From Tolypothrix carrinoi HA7290-LM1 (GTDB lineage: Bacteria; Cyanobacteriota; Cyanobacteriia; Cyanobacteriales; Nostocaceae), in the NCBI GenBank assembly GCA_019358935.1, contig JAHHIK010000022.1, forward strand, positions 1 to 64,000: a stretch of DNA of 64,000 bases, in the 5' to 3' direction. The notes below the pieces were generated by a model, which had not been told where the DNA came from, did no database searches, and saw only the letters and a program-made list of their open reading frames with translations. Position numbers and translations under genes: made by a program. Each line of letters begins with the position of its first letter. The stretch's first letter is position 1. Positions 30,968-43,388 of the stretch are shown piece by piece.

Positions 30968-31813
30968 GTGAATGTGAGTAATATTTTTCTTCGTAAACGT
31001 GTTTTTTGCCTGACCAGTGTAACTGTAGCAGTTCTAGGTAGCGGCTTATCTGCTGTTGCTCAAACAGTACCAGCGGTTCAACAATCAACTCAGCTATCCA
31101 CAACTGAAGTGTCTGTTGACCAAACGAGTGCTGGGGTAGAGACTCAAAGCCAAAACTTCTCTACTGTATCAGAAGGCAATCCAGTTTTGGTATCAGATTC
31201 TACAACTTGGCAACAGTTCCCAGGCATCAATACAGAGGAAACTGCTAATCGAATAGTCACGCCTGTTCCCGGAACAACGTCAACCTCATCTGCGGCACTA
31301 ACTGCTCAATACCCGCAAGCGCAATTTCAAGCATCTTTACCAAAATCTAATTCTCAGGTGGCACAAGCGGATATTGATCCGGGTAGACCTACCCGTGGTG
31401 GCAGTAGCTATGTTGGTATCGCTGCCAACATTGGTATAAGTGGCGGTGATTCCGCTGTGGGCGACGGCAATTTTATGGTGATTAGCAAAATAGGATTGTC
31501 AAATGCCATATCAGTGCGACCGTCGGCTGTGATTGGCGACAATACTGCTTTTTTGATTCCTGTTACTTACGACTTTTCCTTCCAGCAGGCATCAGATCCA
31601 TTTAGCGAACCATTACCGATCGCTCCTTATGTTGGGGCTGGTGCAGCGATTAATACTGGGGATGACACTCAAGCCGCTTTTTTAGTAACTGGTGGCGTTG
31701 ATGTGCCTCTAAATGCTCAATTTACGGCAAATGCTGCTGTAAATGCCGCATTTTTTGATGAAACCGACATCGGATTGTCGATTGGAGTTGGTTACAACTT
31801 CGGTCGCTTCTAA
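30968..31813 (+). CDS. Secreted cyanobacterial outer-membrane beta-barrel-like protein
   Basis: Signal peptide, low-complexity linker, amphipathic strands APYVGAGAA...IGVGYNF; SD GAGGA before GTG. Confidence 0.75.
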   Translation: MNVSNIFLRKRVFCLTSVTVAVLGSGLSAVAQTVPAVQQSTQLSTTEVSVDQTSAGVETQSQNFSTVSEGNPVLVSDSTTWQQFPGINTEETANRIVTPVPGTTSTSSAALTAQYPQAQFQASLPKSNSQVAQADIDPGRPTRGGSSYVGIAANIGISGGDSAVGDGNFMVISKIGLSNAISVRPSAVIGDNTAFLIPVTYDFSFQQASDPFSEPLPIAPYVGAGAAINTGDDTQAAFLVTGGVDVPLNAQFTANAAVNAAFFDETDIGLSIGVGYNFGRF

Positions 31814-31819
31814 ATCTAA

Positions 31820-31940
31820 TAGGTAATTGGGCAATGGGCAATGGGCAATGGGCATTGGGAATAAAGCCAAATCTATGAACCCATGCCCTATGCCCTATGC
31901 CCTATGCCCTATGCCCCATGCCCAATTACCCATTACCCAA
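31820..31940. repeat. STRR heptamer arrays (GGGCAAT)n and (CCCTATG)n in inverted orientation
   Basis: Read directly from the sequence. Confidence 0.9.
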
Positions 31941-31943
31941 TTT

Positions 31944-33275
31944 TTACTTAGGGCTAACTTTATCTATCGTCTTAATTTTACCGTCGTCGCCAACTGTCCA
32001 AACATCGTAAACACCGACCACATCGCCATTTTGGTCAATATCTACGTTTCCACTGGCTCCCTGAAAGTTAATTTTCTTACCTTCTTTAAGTAACTTCAGT
32101 CCCTCGCAGACATCAGCAACTTCTGTACCAGGACCATTGGCAACTTCACGGATTTTGCTGGCTATGCCAACCCCTGTATTATCTTTAGCGGATTGCGCTG
32201 CCAATGCTAACAAAGCGGCAGCGTCCCAAGCGTGAGCGGTGTATGGTGCTGGTGGAGATCCTTTTTTGGATTGCCAAAGCTTGGCGAAAGCGTCTAATCC
32301 TTTACCATTGGAACCAGGTACAGTACCGATCGCTCCACTAACAATATATTTACCATCACCAGCTTTCCCAACTCTATTCGGGAAGGTATCTGACTTGGTG
32401 CCATCTGTCAGCATAATCTGTACTCCCTGAGCCAGACCTTGCTGATAAGCAGTTTTTAGTAGTAAACTAGCAGTTTCTTCATAAGCTACGACCAATACTG
32501 CATCCGGTTTCCCGGCAAAAGCTGCTTGAGCTTCGGTATCAAAAGTGGTGGCTTTGGGGTCGTAACGAGTGGGACTGTTTTTGTTAACTATTGTTCCACC
32601 TGATTTTTCAAAAGCTTGGACAAATGCTTTTTCAAAGCCTACTCCGTAGTCGTTGTTAATTACAACTGTAGAAACTTTTTTGAAACCTTTTTTATTCGCA
32701 AGTTGAGCCAAGGCTAATGCTTGGTAGGTATCGGGGGGAGCAGTACGCGCCCAATAACCTTTATAATCTCCTTTGCCTGCTTTTTCGGTAAATACCGGGC
32801 TAGTACTACCTGGAGAAATCAACATAACTTTATTGGGTGTAGCGATGGAAACTGCCGCTGTAGAAACGCTGCTGGCAAAAGACCCAACTACACCACCAAC
32901 TCTATCTACGGTTGCCAATTTTGTCATCCCCGCAGCACCGGCTCTGGGGTCGGTTTGGTCGTCTACGGGCACGAGGGTGACTTTTTCACCGTTCACCCCA
33001 CCACAAGCATTAACTGTATCCACAAGTAAGGGAATAGCACCCACCATCTGCTGACCGATGGAAGCTAAATCGCCAGTTGAGGGTAACAGCGAACCAATTT
33101 TCAGTCCTTTGGCATTACTCGCTGTGGTAGTTGAACTAGCTGGGGCTGTAGTAGCACCACTAGTTGTAGTAGTGGTGCTAGTAGTTGTTGTAGTGGTTTT
33201 TGTACAAGCTGCCGCTAAAAAGCCAGATAATAAAGTAGCTAAACTTAGAGCTAAGGCGGAATTGATTTTTTTCAT
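31944..33275 (-). CDS. natB: Neutral/branched-chain amino-acid ABC transporter substrate-binding lipoprotein
   Basis: Lipobox LAAAC, LKIGSLLPSTGDL, NACGGVNG, ISPGSTSP, RTAPPD, NNDYG. Confidence 0.85.
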   Translation of the reverse strand: MKKINSALALSLATLLSGFLAAACTKTTTTTTSTTTTTSGATTAPASSTTTASNAKGLKIGSLLPSTGDLASIGQQMVGAIPLLVDTVNACGGVNGEKVTLVPVDDQTDPRAGAAGMTKLATVDRVGGVVGSFASSVSTAAVSIATPNKVMLISPGSTSPVFTEKAGKGDYKGYWARTAPPDTYQALALAQLANKKGFKKVSTVVINNDYGVGFEKAFVQAFEKSGGTIVNKNSPTRYDPKATTFDTEAQAAFAGKPDAVLVVAYEETASLLLKTAYQQGLAQGVQIMLTDGTKSDTFPNRVGKAGDGKYIVSGAIGTVPGSNGKGLDAFAKLWQSKKGSPPAPYTAHAWDAAALLALAAQSAKDNTGVGIASKIREVANGPGTEVADVCEGLKLLKEGKKINFQGASGNVDIDQNGDVVGVYDVWTVGDDGKIKTIDKVSPK

Positions 33276-33334
33276 AAATTACCAAAAAATTGGGTCTGAG
33301 CTACGTCCTGTAAGAACGGCTTTTCTTGTATTTG

Positions 33335-33367
33335 TGCTATAATCTTATCGTAAACTTAAACGATAAG
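33335..33367 (+). promoter_or_regulatory. Extended -10 promoter plus inverted repeat in front of tnpB
   Basis: TGCTATAAT followed by CTTATCGT-N8-ACGATAAG abutting the ATG. Confidence 0.55.
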
Positions 33368-34582
33368 ATGCTCATCTACGAAGCCAAGTTAGAAGGAACC
33401 AAAATACAGTACGAACGGCTCGACCAAGCTATTCGTACTGGTCTTTTTGTGCGGAATTCTATCGTTCGCGCTTGGTTGGATGGGCAAGTTAAAAGTCGGA
33501 ATGATGCCTACAAATATTGCAAAGTATTAGCTGATAATCCGGAATTTCCTTGGGCGGTAAGATTAAATTCTCAGGCTAGACAAGCCCATGCCGAAAGAGC
33601 GTGGGCAAGTATTGAGAGATTCTATCGCAATTGCACTTCCCAAGTTAAAGGGAAGAAGGGGTTTCCTCAGTTTAAAAAACGTGACTGCAGAGCATCGGTG
33701 GAGTATAAAGTTAGCGGCTGGAAACTATCGGATGATAGGCGCTATTTAGAATTCACTGATGGATTTAAAGCTGGTGCATTTAAGATGTGGGGAACTAGAA
33801 ATCTCCACTTTTACCAAATTGAACAAATTAAACGGGTAAGAGTTGTCAGGAGGCATGACGGCTATTACGCACAGTTTTTAATCGATTATAAACGGGAGGA
33901 AGATAAAGAATTAACACACAGGCAAGTTGGCTTAGATGTTGGTTTGACCCATTTCTTGACAGATAGCTTTGGAGAAAAAGTAGACAACCCCAGGTTTTTG
34001 AGAAAAGATGAGCGAAAAATAAAACGGTTGCAACAGCGCTTGTCTAAAACACAAAAACGTAGCCAAAACAGGACTAAAGCTAAAAATAAATTAGGTAGAG
34101 CGCATCTTAAGGTATCACGCAGACGTAACGATTGGGTTTGTAAATTAGCCCAGCGCGTCATCCAGTCTAACGACTTGGTAGCGATTGAAAACCTAAAAGT
34201 GCGTAATCTGGTAAAAAATCACTGTCTTGCTAAGTCGATATCAGATGCAGCGTGGTATAGATTTCGAGAATGGTTGGAATATTTTGGTGCTGTTTATGGT
34301 GTTCCTGTCATAGCAGTTAACCCAAGTTATACAACTGGTGATTGCTCAAACTGTGGAATAACAGTAGTCAAAACATTAAGCACCAGAACTCACAAATGTC
34401 CCCATTGTAATTTTGTTGTAGATAGGGACGAAAACGCCGCTTTAAACATTTTAAAATCGGCTCTAAAAGAATGGGCAAATACGGTGGGGCGCACCGAACT
34501 TCAAGTCTCTGGAGAGACTCCCCTCTGCTCGAATGTGGAAACACAGACGAGTAAGGGAACTCGACGAAAGAGAAAGCCTTAG
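33368..34582 (+). CDS. tnpB: RNA-guided endonuclease TnpB
   Basis: RuvC D (VGLDVGL), E (VAIENL) and D (DRDENAA) all intact; Zn ribbon CSNC...CPHC. Confidence 0.95.
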   Translation: MLIYEAKLEGTKIQYERLDQAIRTGLFVRNSIVRAWLDGQVKSRNDAYKYCKVLADNPEFPWAVRLNSQARQAHAERAWASIERFYRNCTSQVKGKKGFPQFKKRDCRASVEYKVSGWKLSDDRRYLEFTDGFKAGAFKMWGTRNLHFYQIEQIKRVRVVRRHDGYYAQFLIDYKREEDKELTHRQVGLDVGLTHFLTDSFGEKVDNPRFLRKDERKIKRLQQRLSKTQKRSQNRTKAKNKLGRAHLKVSRRRNDWVCKLAQRVIQSNDLVAIENLKVRNLVKNHCLAKSISDAAWYRFREWLEYFGAVYGVPVIAVNPSYTTGDCSNCGITVVKTLSTRTHKCPHCNFVVDRDENAALNILKSALKEWANTVGRTELQVSGETPLCSNVETQTSKGTRRKRKP

Positions 34583-34645
34583 AAGCGATTCTAAGAATCC
34601 CCATGCGTTTACGCCGGGGAGAACGTCAATTTCACTCCTCTGATT
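34480..34645 (+). ncRNA. Predicted TnpB omegaRNA (reRNA); guide derived from the right flank TTTCACTCCTCTGATT
   Basis: Overlaps the tnpB 3' end and right end, as established for TnpB; the 5' boundary is approximate. Confidence 0.55.
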
Positions 34646-34882
34646 TGTGGGAGCCTGAAAGCAATATTCTAACTGGATTATCAGGACTCCGGATGATAAA
34701 TCATATCATCATGCTTAGGGCATCATCCTTGGGGAATAAAAGTATCTGCTCTTAGTCGATAATTTTTACTGGTTCGTAGTAAGCGCTTAAGCGCTTATTT
34801 TAGGCACGAAGAGTGCCTACTACGAACCTCAATTCACACTCTTCGGTGTGATTGCAGTTTTAGTTTTGACAGACTGGGAAAA

Positions 34883-34974
34883 CGGAGAGGGAGGGATTCG
34901 AACCCTCGGTACGGAGTTGCCTGCCGTACAACAGATTAGCAATCTGCCGCTTTCGACCACTCAGCCACCTCTCC
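34883..34974 (-). tRNA. tRNA-Ser(GCT)
   Basis: GGAGAGGTGGCTGAGTGGTCGAAAGCG-GCAGATT-GCT-AATCTG, long variable arm, GGTTCGAATCC T-loop; CCA not encoded. Confidence 0.97.
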
Positions 34975-35152
34975 AGGCTCACAAATAGTGATGATATCAG
35001 ATTTTCAAGGGTGAGTCAAGGGGGATTTGTTATTTGTTATTTGTTAGTGGATAGTGGATAGTTGATGGTTGTTGGGGGTTGGGGGTCAAAAAATACTACG
35101 CTCCTACGCTCCCACTATCGACTATCCACTATCCACCAACTATCGACTAAAG

Positions 35153-37508
<2,356 letters not shown>

Positions 37509-37769
37509 TTAACCTTACTTTTCTTCAATATTTCTTAATCGTTTTCTCGTTTTCATTATACGTTGCAATCCGTTACATTTATCATCCCTCGTGCGATCGT
37601 CTCTGAAGAGGCAGGGGGGAGGGGGGCTTTCTTGCAGGGAGACAAGGGAGACAAGGGAGACAAGGGGAGCCAGTGCGTTCGGTCAAAAGACTTGAAGCAT
37701 CTGGCGTGGACAAGGGAGACAAGCAGACAAGGAGGCAGGGGGCACTTTGCACTTTGCATTCTTGAGTTT

Positions 37770-37950
37770 GTCTCCCCATCTCCCCATCTCCCCATCTCCC
37801 CATCTCCCCATCTCCCCATCTCCCCATCCCCCCCTCTCCCCATCCCCCCCTCTCCCCATCCCCCCATCTCCCCATCCCCCCATCTCCCCATCCCCCCATC
37901 TCCCCATCCCCCCCTCTCCCCATCCCCCCATCCCCCCTCCCCCTCTCCCC
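37770..37950. repeat. Octamer tandem array (CCCCATCT)n; GACAAGGGA nonamers at about 37640-37666
   Basis: Read directly from the sequence. Confidence 0.9.
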
Positions 37951-38724
37951 TTTCCCCGCTTGGATTTGCCGATTTTAAATTTTTTATTTAGTTCTTCATT
38001 AAAACTTATTTGTCTGAGTTATAAATTATTCAAATTATTCATCCCTGAGTTTTTATGTGATTTTGCTGCACCACAAAAAGATGAAAACCTTGCCCATTCA
38101 GCCTTATATCTTCTGGTAACGACAGATTATTAAATAATTTTTTCTGAAAGTATATTTGCTATACCTAAGTTGGAAAAGATGCTAATAGTCTTTAAAAAAA
38201 AATTGGTAGCAATTCAAACCATTTTTTTCAAAAACTACTGCAAGTTAATTCATGATTATTATCTCTAAATCACTGATTTATTCAGCAATCATGAGCATTT
38301 GCGAGCTTGATAACTTTCCGGCATTGGTAAACAATGCTCTTCGCTTCATAGTATATTTTGCTTCAGTAAATCCTTATTAACATGTATTTTATATATCATT
38401 ATATCAAATAATTTTAGTATTATTACTGTTGTGAATTAGGTGATACTTATTTATTTTAAGGCTTTTGTTAGAGTTATTCATAACAAATTTAAATCAAAAA
38501 GTAGTAATTAATCGACAACATCTCAAAGCTTTATTTACTTATTTGCCAACAAGGGGATAAGATGATTTCTGCTGGGGATCGCTCATTAGCGTGCTTCTAA
38601 CTAAAAAGAGATTTGTTTTAATTGGCAAAGAATATACAGTTTGATTTTTTTGGATAAAAATTATCTTTGCCAAAACTAGGGTTGCACTTATTATGTATGC
38701 GGGTACCTAAAATTTGACTTAACC

Positions 38725-39948
38725 ATGCTATCTTTTGGATTTTTTTGCATTGCATCTTGGATTGGTTCATTTTTGTCGTTGAGCGAAAACTTGCCACCAA
38801 GTTTTATGCCAAAGGTTTCTCCGACAAAGGTTTCATCCAATCTAGATAAACTATTAAGTAACAATCGGGAATTTTTGGAGACACCTAAGCAGCGATTAAA
38901 TGTCTGGAGTACGACGATATTACCTACAAGGTTTTTGAAGATAGATTGGGGTTCTAAAGAATCACCACCAACGAAAGCTAAGTTATCGAATGTTTCGGTA
39001 AGCAAAGTAAAGCAAAGTAAAAATCAGTTTTGTAGTTCTCTGCCAGATATTGCATCTGAGAAGATTCCGGTAAAAACAGCAAGTGTTTTGCCGATTCCTC
39101 GGTTGATAGAATCAAGCCTGAGTAACCGAGATTTGTTGCCAAATAAAATTTTGCGATCGCTGCAAAATTTCTTCAACTTCTCGACGATAGAGCAAGGTGT
39201 AACAACACCAGTAGTAGTTGTTCGTCGCGACCAAGACAACTATGAGGTGTGGGTAAATAACCGTATAGTTGCAACTTTACCCAACGAAATCGAAGCCAAA
39301 TCAATGCAACAACGTTTAACGCAAGTTGTCAATTTGCCTAGGTTAGATGCTAATCAATTCCGACCGGCATTAGTTGATGGTATACCAGCGTTAATGGCAG
39401 GAAATCGCTTTTTGTTTGCAATACAAAAAGAAGTTTCTCACTCCTCTCACCCCAGTGGTGAACTATTAGCGATTGAATGGATTAATAATCTTCGTTCAGC
39501 TTTGCAAGCACCTGCTTTATCACTAGTGGAAGGACAGCAAGAAATGTATGGTTTAACACCTTCCAAGAAAAAAATGTTCGGTTTAGCTTCTTGGTATGGT
39601 GGTTATTTTCATGGTCGAACAACAGCGAATGGTGAGAAGTACAATCAAAACGAATTAACAGTTGCTCATAAGTCACTTCCTTTTAACACATTCTTGCAGG
39701 TGACTAACTTAAAGAATGGCAACTCTGTGATTGTGCGTGTAAACGATCGCGGTCCTTATATTCCACCCAGAAGTCTCGATTTGTCAAGGGAAGCAGCGAG
39801 GTGTATCAACAGCGAAACCGCTGGAGTAGTTCCTTATAAAGCCGTGATTTTGGAAAGTAACGAACCGAAAAAGTTCTTGAAAAATTCATCTGTTTCTACC
39901 GCAAATCTCAAAAAAAGTAGAAAACTTGCAATAGTTTCAGATTTTTAA
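38725..39948 (+). CDS. rlpA: RlpA-family septal ring lytic transglycosylase
   Basis: GLASWYG, TANGE, AHKSLPF, VRVNDRGPY, LDLS; start codon uncertain. Confidence 0.85.
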   Translation: MLSFGFFCIASWIGSFLSLSENLPPSFMPKVSPTKVSSNLDKLLSNNREFLETPKQRLNVWSTTILPTRFLKIDWGSKESPPTKAKLSNVSVSKVKQSKNQFCSSLPDIASEKIPVKTASVLPIPRLIESSLSNRDLLPNKILRSLQNFFNFSTIEQGVTTPVVVVRRDQDNYEVWVNNRIVATLPNEIEAKSMQQRLTQVVNLPRLDANQFRPALVDGIPALMAGNRFLFAIQKEVSHSSHPSGELLAIEWINNLRSALQAPALSLVEGQQEMYGLTPSKKKMFGLASWYGGYFHGRTTANGEKYNQNELTVAHKSLPFNTFLQVTNLKNGNSVIVRVNDRGPYIPPRSLDLSREAARCINSETAGVVPYKAVILESNEPKKFLKNSSVSTANLKKSRKLAIVSDF

Positions 39949-40077
39949 GCGGCTATTGTGGGTAAATGGTAATAGGTAATTGGGAATTGGGAATTGGAAA
40001 TTGGTAATTGGGCATGGGTAATAATTCTTTTTAAGCGTCCAAGCGTTTCTAGTTTCCATTACCTATTACCATAAAAG

Positions 40078-41022
40078 CTACTGAATGCATTTGAGCAAAG
40101 AAACTTCTCTTCGGTCATGCTGCATTTTATAATCGGTTGTAGCAAATTCTATTTGCAAAATTAAACGGTCTTTATGAGTAGGAGTTATTCCTTTATGAAA
40201 ACAAAGGGGATCTTCCACAAATCCAAAACCAGCTTTGCCACAAATTTTCACTAAAGATTCCTTGCCATAAGAATCAATAATATCTTTATCTGTCTCTCGT
40301 TTACGTAGCCAAAGATGTGAAAGTTTCTTCTTATTGTGACTACCACGAACACAGACATGAGGTCCGCTATGCTCATCTACATCAGTCAAATAAAAGAAAA
40401 ATTTCAAAAAGCGATAATCGTCTATATCGTAGTGAAAAACCTGAGCAGCTTGACTTTGTTGCCGATATGTTATTTTGGTTGAAAAACTCCACCAAAGATT
40501 ATTTCCTTGATGTACTGGTGAAGCATCTAAATATTTAGCGGCTATTGCTAATAATTTGGGATCGTGTTGTAATTTTTTCATCGCAGGACAAAGCACATCT
40601 GTGTTGAAATAACCACCAATTACAAATTGTTTTCCTGACTTAGTTTCTGCTTGTTCCTTATGATGATAATAAAATCCTAGTTCTGGTTTTCTATTACCAT
40701 AACAAATTGTAGATTTCGCGAATTTAAGTATTTCTTGAACAATCGCTTCAGGGAGATTAATTCCCATATACAATCCGTCAATGTTTAAGCTATTAACAAC
40801 GTCGTCTACATTTATATCTTCAAAACAAGAGTTAATTTCATTTACAGGTAATGAATATGATTTAGTTGAGCGTTTTGATAAATATATCATTATCGTTCGC
40901 CCAATTTTAAATCGAGCAATCTTACGCATTAAAAGCCATTGAGGATTTTTAGTCAATCCTTTGTAATTTTCATAACAAGTATCATAAAATTTGGAAAAAA
41001 TTCTCTCTAAATACATAAACAT
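40078..41022 (-). CDS. Phytanoyl-CoA dioxygenase-like Fe(II)/2OG oxygenase
   Basis: FHYD (HxD), FFYLTDVD..SGPH...GSH, distal FHKG, RLILQ. Confidence 0.75.
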   Translation of the reverse strand: MFMYLERIFSKFYDTCYENYKGLTKNPQWLLMRKIARFKIGRTIMIYLSKRSTKSYSLPVNEINSCFEDINVDDVVNSLNIDGLYMGINLPEAIVQEILKFAKSTICYGNRKPELGFYYHHKEQAETKSGKQFVIGGYFNTDVLCPAMKKLQHDPKLLAIAAKYLDASPVHQGNNLWWSFSTKITYRQQSQAAQVFHYDIDDYRFLKFFFYLTDVDEHSGPHVCVRGSHNKKKLSHLWLRKRETDKDIIDSYGKESLVKICGKAGFGFVEDPLCFHKGITPTHKDRLILQIEFATTDYKMQHDRREVSLLKCIQ

Positions 41023-41323
41023 TCTCAGATGGAAACAGCAAAATGTACTTCACACAAATTATTTTGCAAAAAAAATACTTAGTACTTGCTTTGGTAAGAT
41101 TGTGTAATTTGTATCATACCATCCTCATCGATAAAAGTTAATATCGCTACATAAATAATGCAGTAAATTTACTGTTTATTTTTAGAGTTAATCTAAATTT
41201 AGGTTTTAATGAAGCGTTATGTTTAGCTGATTTTAATTGCAACTATTAAAGATGTAGGATAAAAGGTAATGTCCTTGAGGTTGAACATCCACATTTTTGC
41301 TACACAACTATAGGTAAAGCATT

Positions 41324-42406
41324 ATGCCAGTATCGCAACTTGAGCGCTTTGGACATCACCTGATTCTGGGTATTTCGGGTACCACATTAAGCGATGATGA
41401 TAAACGCGCACTCAGCGAATTGAAACCGATTGGGGTGATATTTTTTGCGAAGAATTTTCGTCATGGCACTCATTATCAAGTTTGGCTGGAAGCTTTTAAG
41501 GAACTAATCGACCAAGTACGAGAATATGCTGAACGTGACTTGATGTTTATCACCCTTGACCATGAGGGAGGTTCTGTAATTCGCACACCTTTGCCGATCG
41601 CTCGATTTCCTCATGCTTTTTTGTTGGGAACACTGGCTATTGAAGTAGCGAAGGCAACAGCATTAGAATTAAAGTCATTGGGAATCAATGTATCTTGGTC
41701 TCCTGTAGCGGATATTTTTTCTAATCCTGAGAATCCGGTCATTGGACCCCGTGCTTTTGGCACGACTGCACAAACTGCTGCACAAGGTGCCTGCGATTAC
41801 TATTTGGGATTGAAGGAGTCAGGAATTTTGGGATGTGGAAAGCATTTCCCCGGACATGGAGACACCAATCAAGACTCGCATATTGAACTACCAAGGTTAA
41901 ATCTGACAGTAGAAGATTTGCGATCGCGTGAACTAATACCTTTTCAAGCGCTGATCGAACAACAGATACCGATGATTATGACCGCACACATTCTATTTCC
42001 TCAGATAGATGCAGATGTGCCGGCAACGCTGTCTAAATTAATTTTAAATGACATTCTCCGCAAAGAGCTTAAATTTGAGGGAGTAATTGTATCTGATGAC
42101 TTAGATATGAAAGCTGTCTCAGATATGTTTATGAAAAGTGGGACTGTGGCAAAAGCGTTTAATGCAGGTTGCGATTTATTTATCGTGTCCCGCAATATCA
42201 ATTCATCATCTCTGGAAAGAACTTATGCGATCGCTCAAGATTTTTCTCTTTCGCTTGATAACGGTAGTCTTGATGAATCGGTAGTTACAGCAGCTAAAAC
42301 ACGAATTGAGAAACTACTTGAGGTGACTCCTCAATATATAGTTCATAATCTTGATGAAGAGACTCTGTTGCGACATGCTAAATTAGCGATCGCTTGCAAT
42401 CTTTAG
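41324..42406 (+). CDS. nagZ: GH3 beta-N-acetylhexosaminidase
   Basis: DHEGG, KHFPGHG, DSH, MTAHI, SDDLDM. Confidence 0.9.
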   Translation: MPVSQLERFGHHLILGISGTTLSDDDKRALSELKPIGVIFFAKNFRHGTHYQVWLEAFKELIDQVREYAERDLMFITLDHEGGSVIRTPLPIARFPHAFLLGTLAIEVAKATALELKSLGINVSWSPVADIFSNPENPVIGPRAFGTTAQTAAQGACDYYLGLKESGILGCGKHFPGHGDTNQDSHIELPRLNLTVEDLRSRELIPFQALIEQQIPMIMTAHILFPQIDADVPATLSKLILNDILRKELKFEGVIVSDDLDMKAVSDMFMKSGTVAKAFNAGCDLFIVSRNINSSSLERTYAIAQDFSLSLDNGSLDESVVTAAKTRIEKLLEVTPQYIVHNLDEETLLRHAKLAIACNL

Positions 42407-42410
42407 TCTC

Positions 42411-42445
42411 AGATACCCGACTTCGCACTCATTTGTCGGGTATCT
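42411..42445. terminator. Hairpin after nagZ
   Basis: AGATACCCGAC...GTCGGGTATCT. Confidence 0.6.
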
Positions 42446-42591
42446 AGGTGCAAGTTTCGGAAATTCTAAAACTTTAGACGTTGACTGATAATTGCTGACT
42501 AATTCTAAAGCTCCAAGTGTTTTTAAAGTCGCAATAGTAGGGATGTTTAAGTTTGTGATGCCTATGATATTCATATTCTCATAAGGGCGAG

Positions 42592-42931
42592 GCGATCGCA
42601 CTCTCAATTACACGATTATTTTAGGCGATCGCGCTTTCGATGACACGATAATTTCATGCGATCGCACTTTCTCCCGACACGATGATATAGAGCGATCGCG
42701 CCTTCGATAACTCGATAATTTTAGGCGATCGCACTTCGACAACCCGATAACAGAAGTGCGATCGCACTCTCCAATACACGATAATTAGATGCGATCGCAC
42801 TCTCGGTGACACGATGATATAGAGCGATCGCACTCTCTATTACACGATAATTAGATGCGATGCCTACGGCGGCAAGCTACGCATTATTATGATTAGAGAT
42901 AGGCGATCGCACTCTTTAGCAGAGCGATCGC
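42592..42931. repeat. Tandem array of 33-bp units, each starting with HIP1
   Basis: GCGATCGC at 42592, 42625, 42658, 42692, 42725, 42758, 42791, 42824, 42857 (interrupted), 42903 and 42924; conserved ACACGATAAT core. Confidence 0.92.
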
Positions 42932-42970
42932 AAAACTATCCAATATATCGATAATGATGCCCTTCCGCAT
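42893..42970 (-). pseudogene. 5' stub of a probable PIN/VapC toxin
   Basis: ATG overlaps the antitoxin stop (TAATG); MRKGIIID resembles PIN strand 1 with the catalytic Asp, then similarity is lost. Confidence 0.5.
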
Positions 42971-43218
42971 TATTTACCGAAGCCTTCCATGTACTTAGGG
43001 TTATAAGATAAATCTTCCAGATTGCTGTCTAAACAACCAATAAATTCTTGTGCTGCTTCAGTAAAAGAAACTTCTTTCTCATCGGTTTCTATCTGCTCTT
43101 GGATATGACTAATTTTGCCTAGTTTAAATTCTAAGAACTCAATAAATTCAAGAACTTCGTTGCGTTGCTCAATAGGTAATCTCTTGATTTTGGCGATCGC
43201 TATTTCTAAGGTTGTCAT
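42970..43218 (-). CDS. DUF2281-like antitoxin
   Basis: IKRLPIEQRNEVLEFIEFL; C-terminus IGCLDSNLEDLSYNPKYMEGFGK. Confidence 0.8.
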   Translation of the reverse strand: MTTLEIAIAKIKRLPIEQRNEVLEFIEFLEFKLGKISHIQEQIETDEKEVSFTEAAQEFIGCLDSNLEDLSYNPKYMEGFGK

Positions 43219-43301
43219 TTTTCTGATTCTGCCTTCACACTTAAGTTAGTCCTAGTTTAGCAAAACTCAACTTATCAAGTAATTAAAACTTTAACTATCA
43301 A

Positions 43302-43382
43302 TCACATCCTCAATTCAATAAACCCAAGATTTTCCAGTATCCGAACTACTTCCTGTGGCTTGATAACAGGTATATTGCTCAT
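43302..43382 (-). pseudogene. hicA: Truncated HicA toxin
   Basis: MSNIPVIKPQEVVRILENLGFIELRM* stops just before the expected GSH catalytic motif; lies directly downstream of hicB. Confidence 0.75.
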
Positions 43383-43388
43383 AAGTGT

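Larger units (their letters stand above)
33283..34629 (+). mobile_element. IS200/IS605-family (IS1341-type, TnpB-only) element
   Basis: Inserted right after TTAC (33279-33282); subterminal left-end hairpin; right-end hairpin CCCC...GGGG ending in TCAA (34626-34629), matching the IS608-type TTAC/TCAA signature. Confidence 0.85.

Noticed and set aside
33368..34582. Cas12f/CRISPR effector or nuclease-dead TldR regulator
   Set aside because: No array is present, IS ends are present, and all three RuvC acidic residues are intact.
34883..34974. tRNA-Ser as an integration site of an island
   Set aside because: No duplicated tRNA 3' end and no integrase seen in the window.
37556..38133. ORFs across repeat arrays (also 46498-46965, 48732-49182, 50816-51257, 53798-54302, 58522-58876, 59492-59758)
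   Set aside because: Translations of STRR/octamer arrays; the N-terminal extensions of rplY and the DUF218 gene were trimmed for the same reason.
42592..42931. CRISPR array
   Set aside because: The whole unit is 33 bp with only 4-5-nt variable patches, there are no unique spacers of about 30-40 nt, and no cas genes lie nearby.
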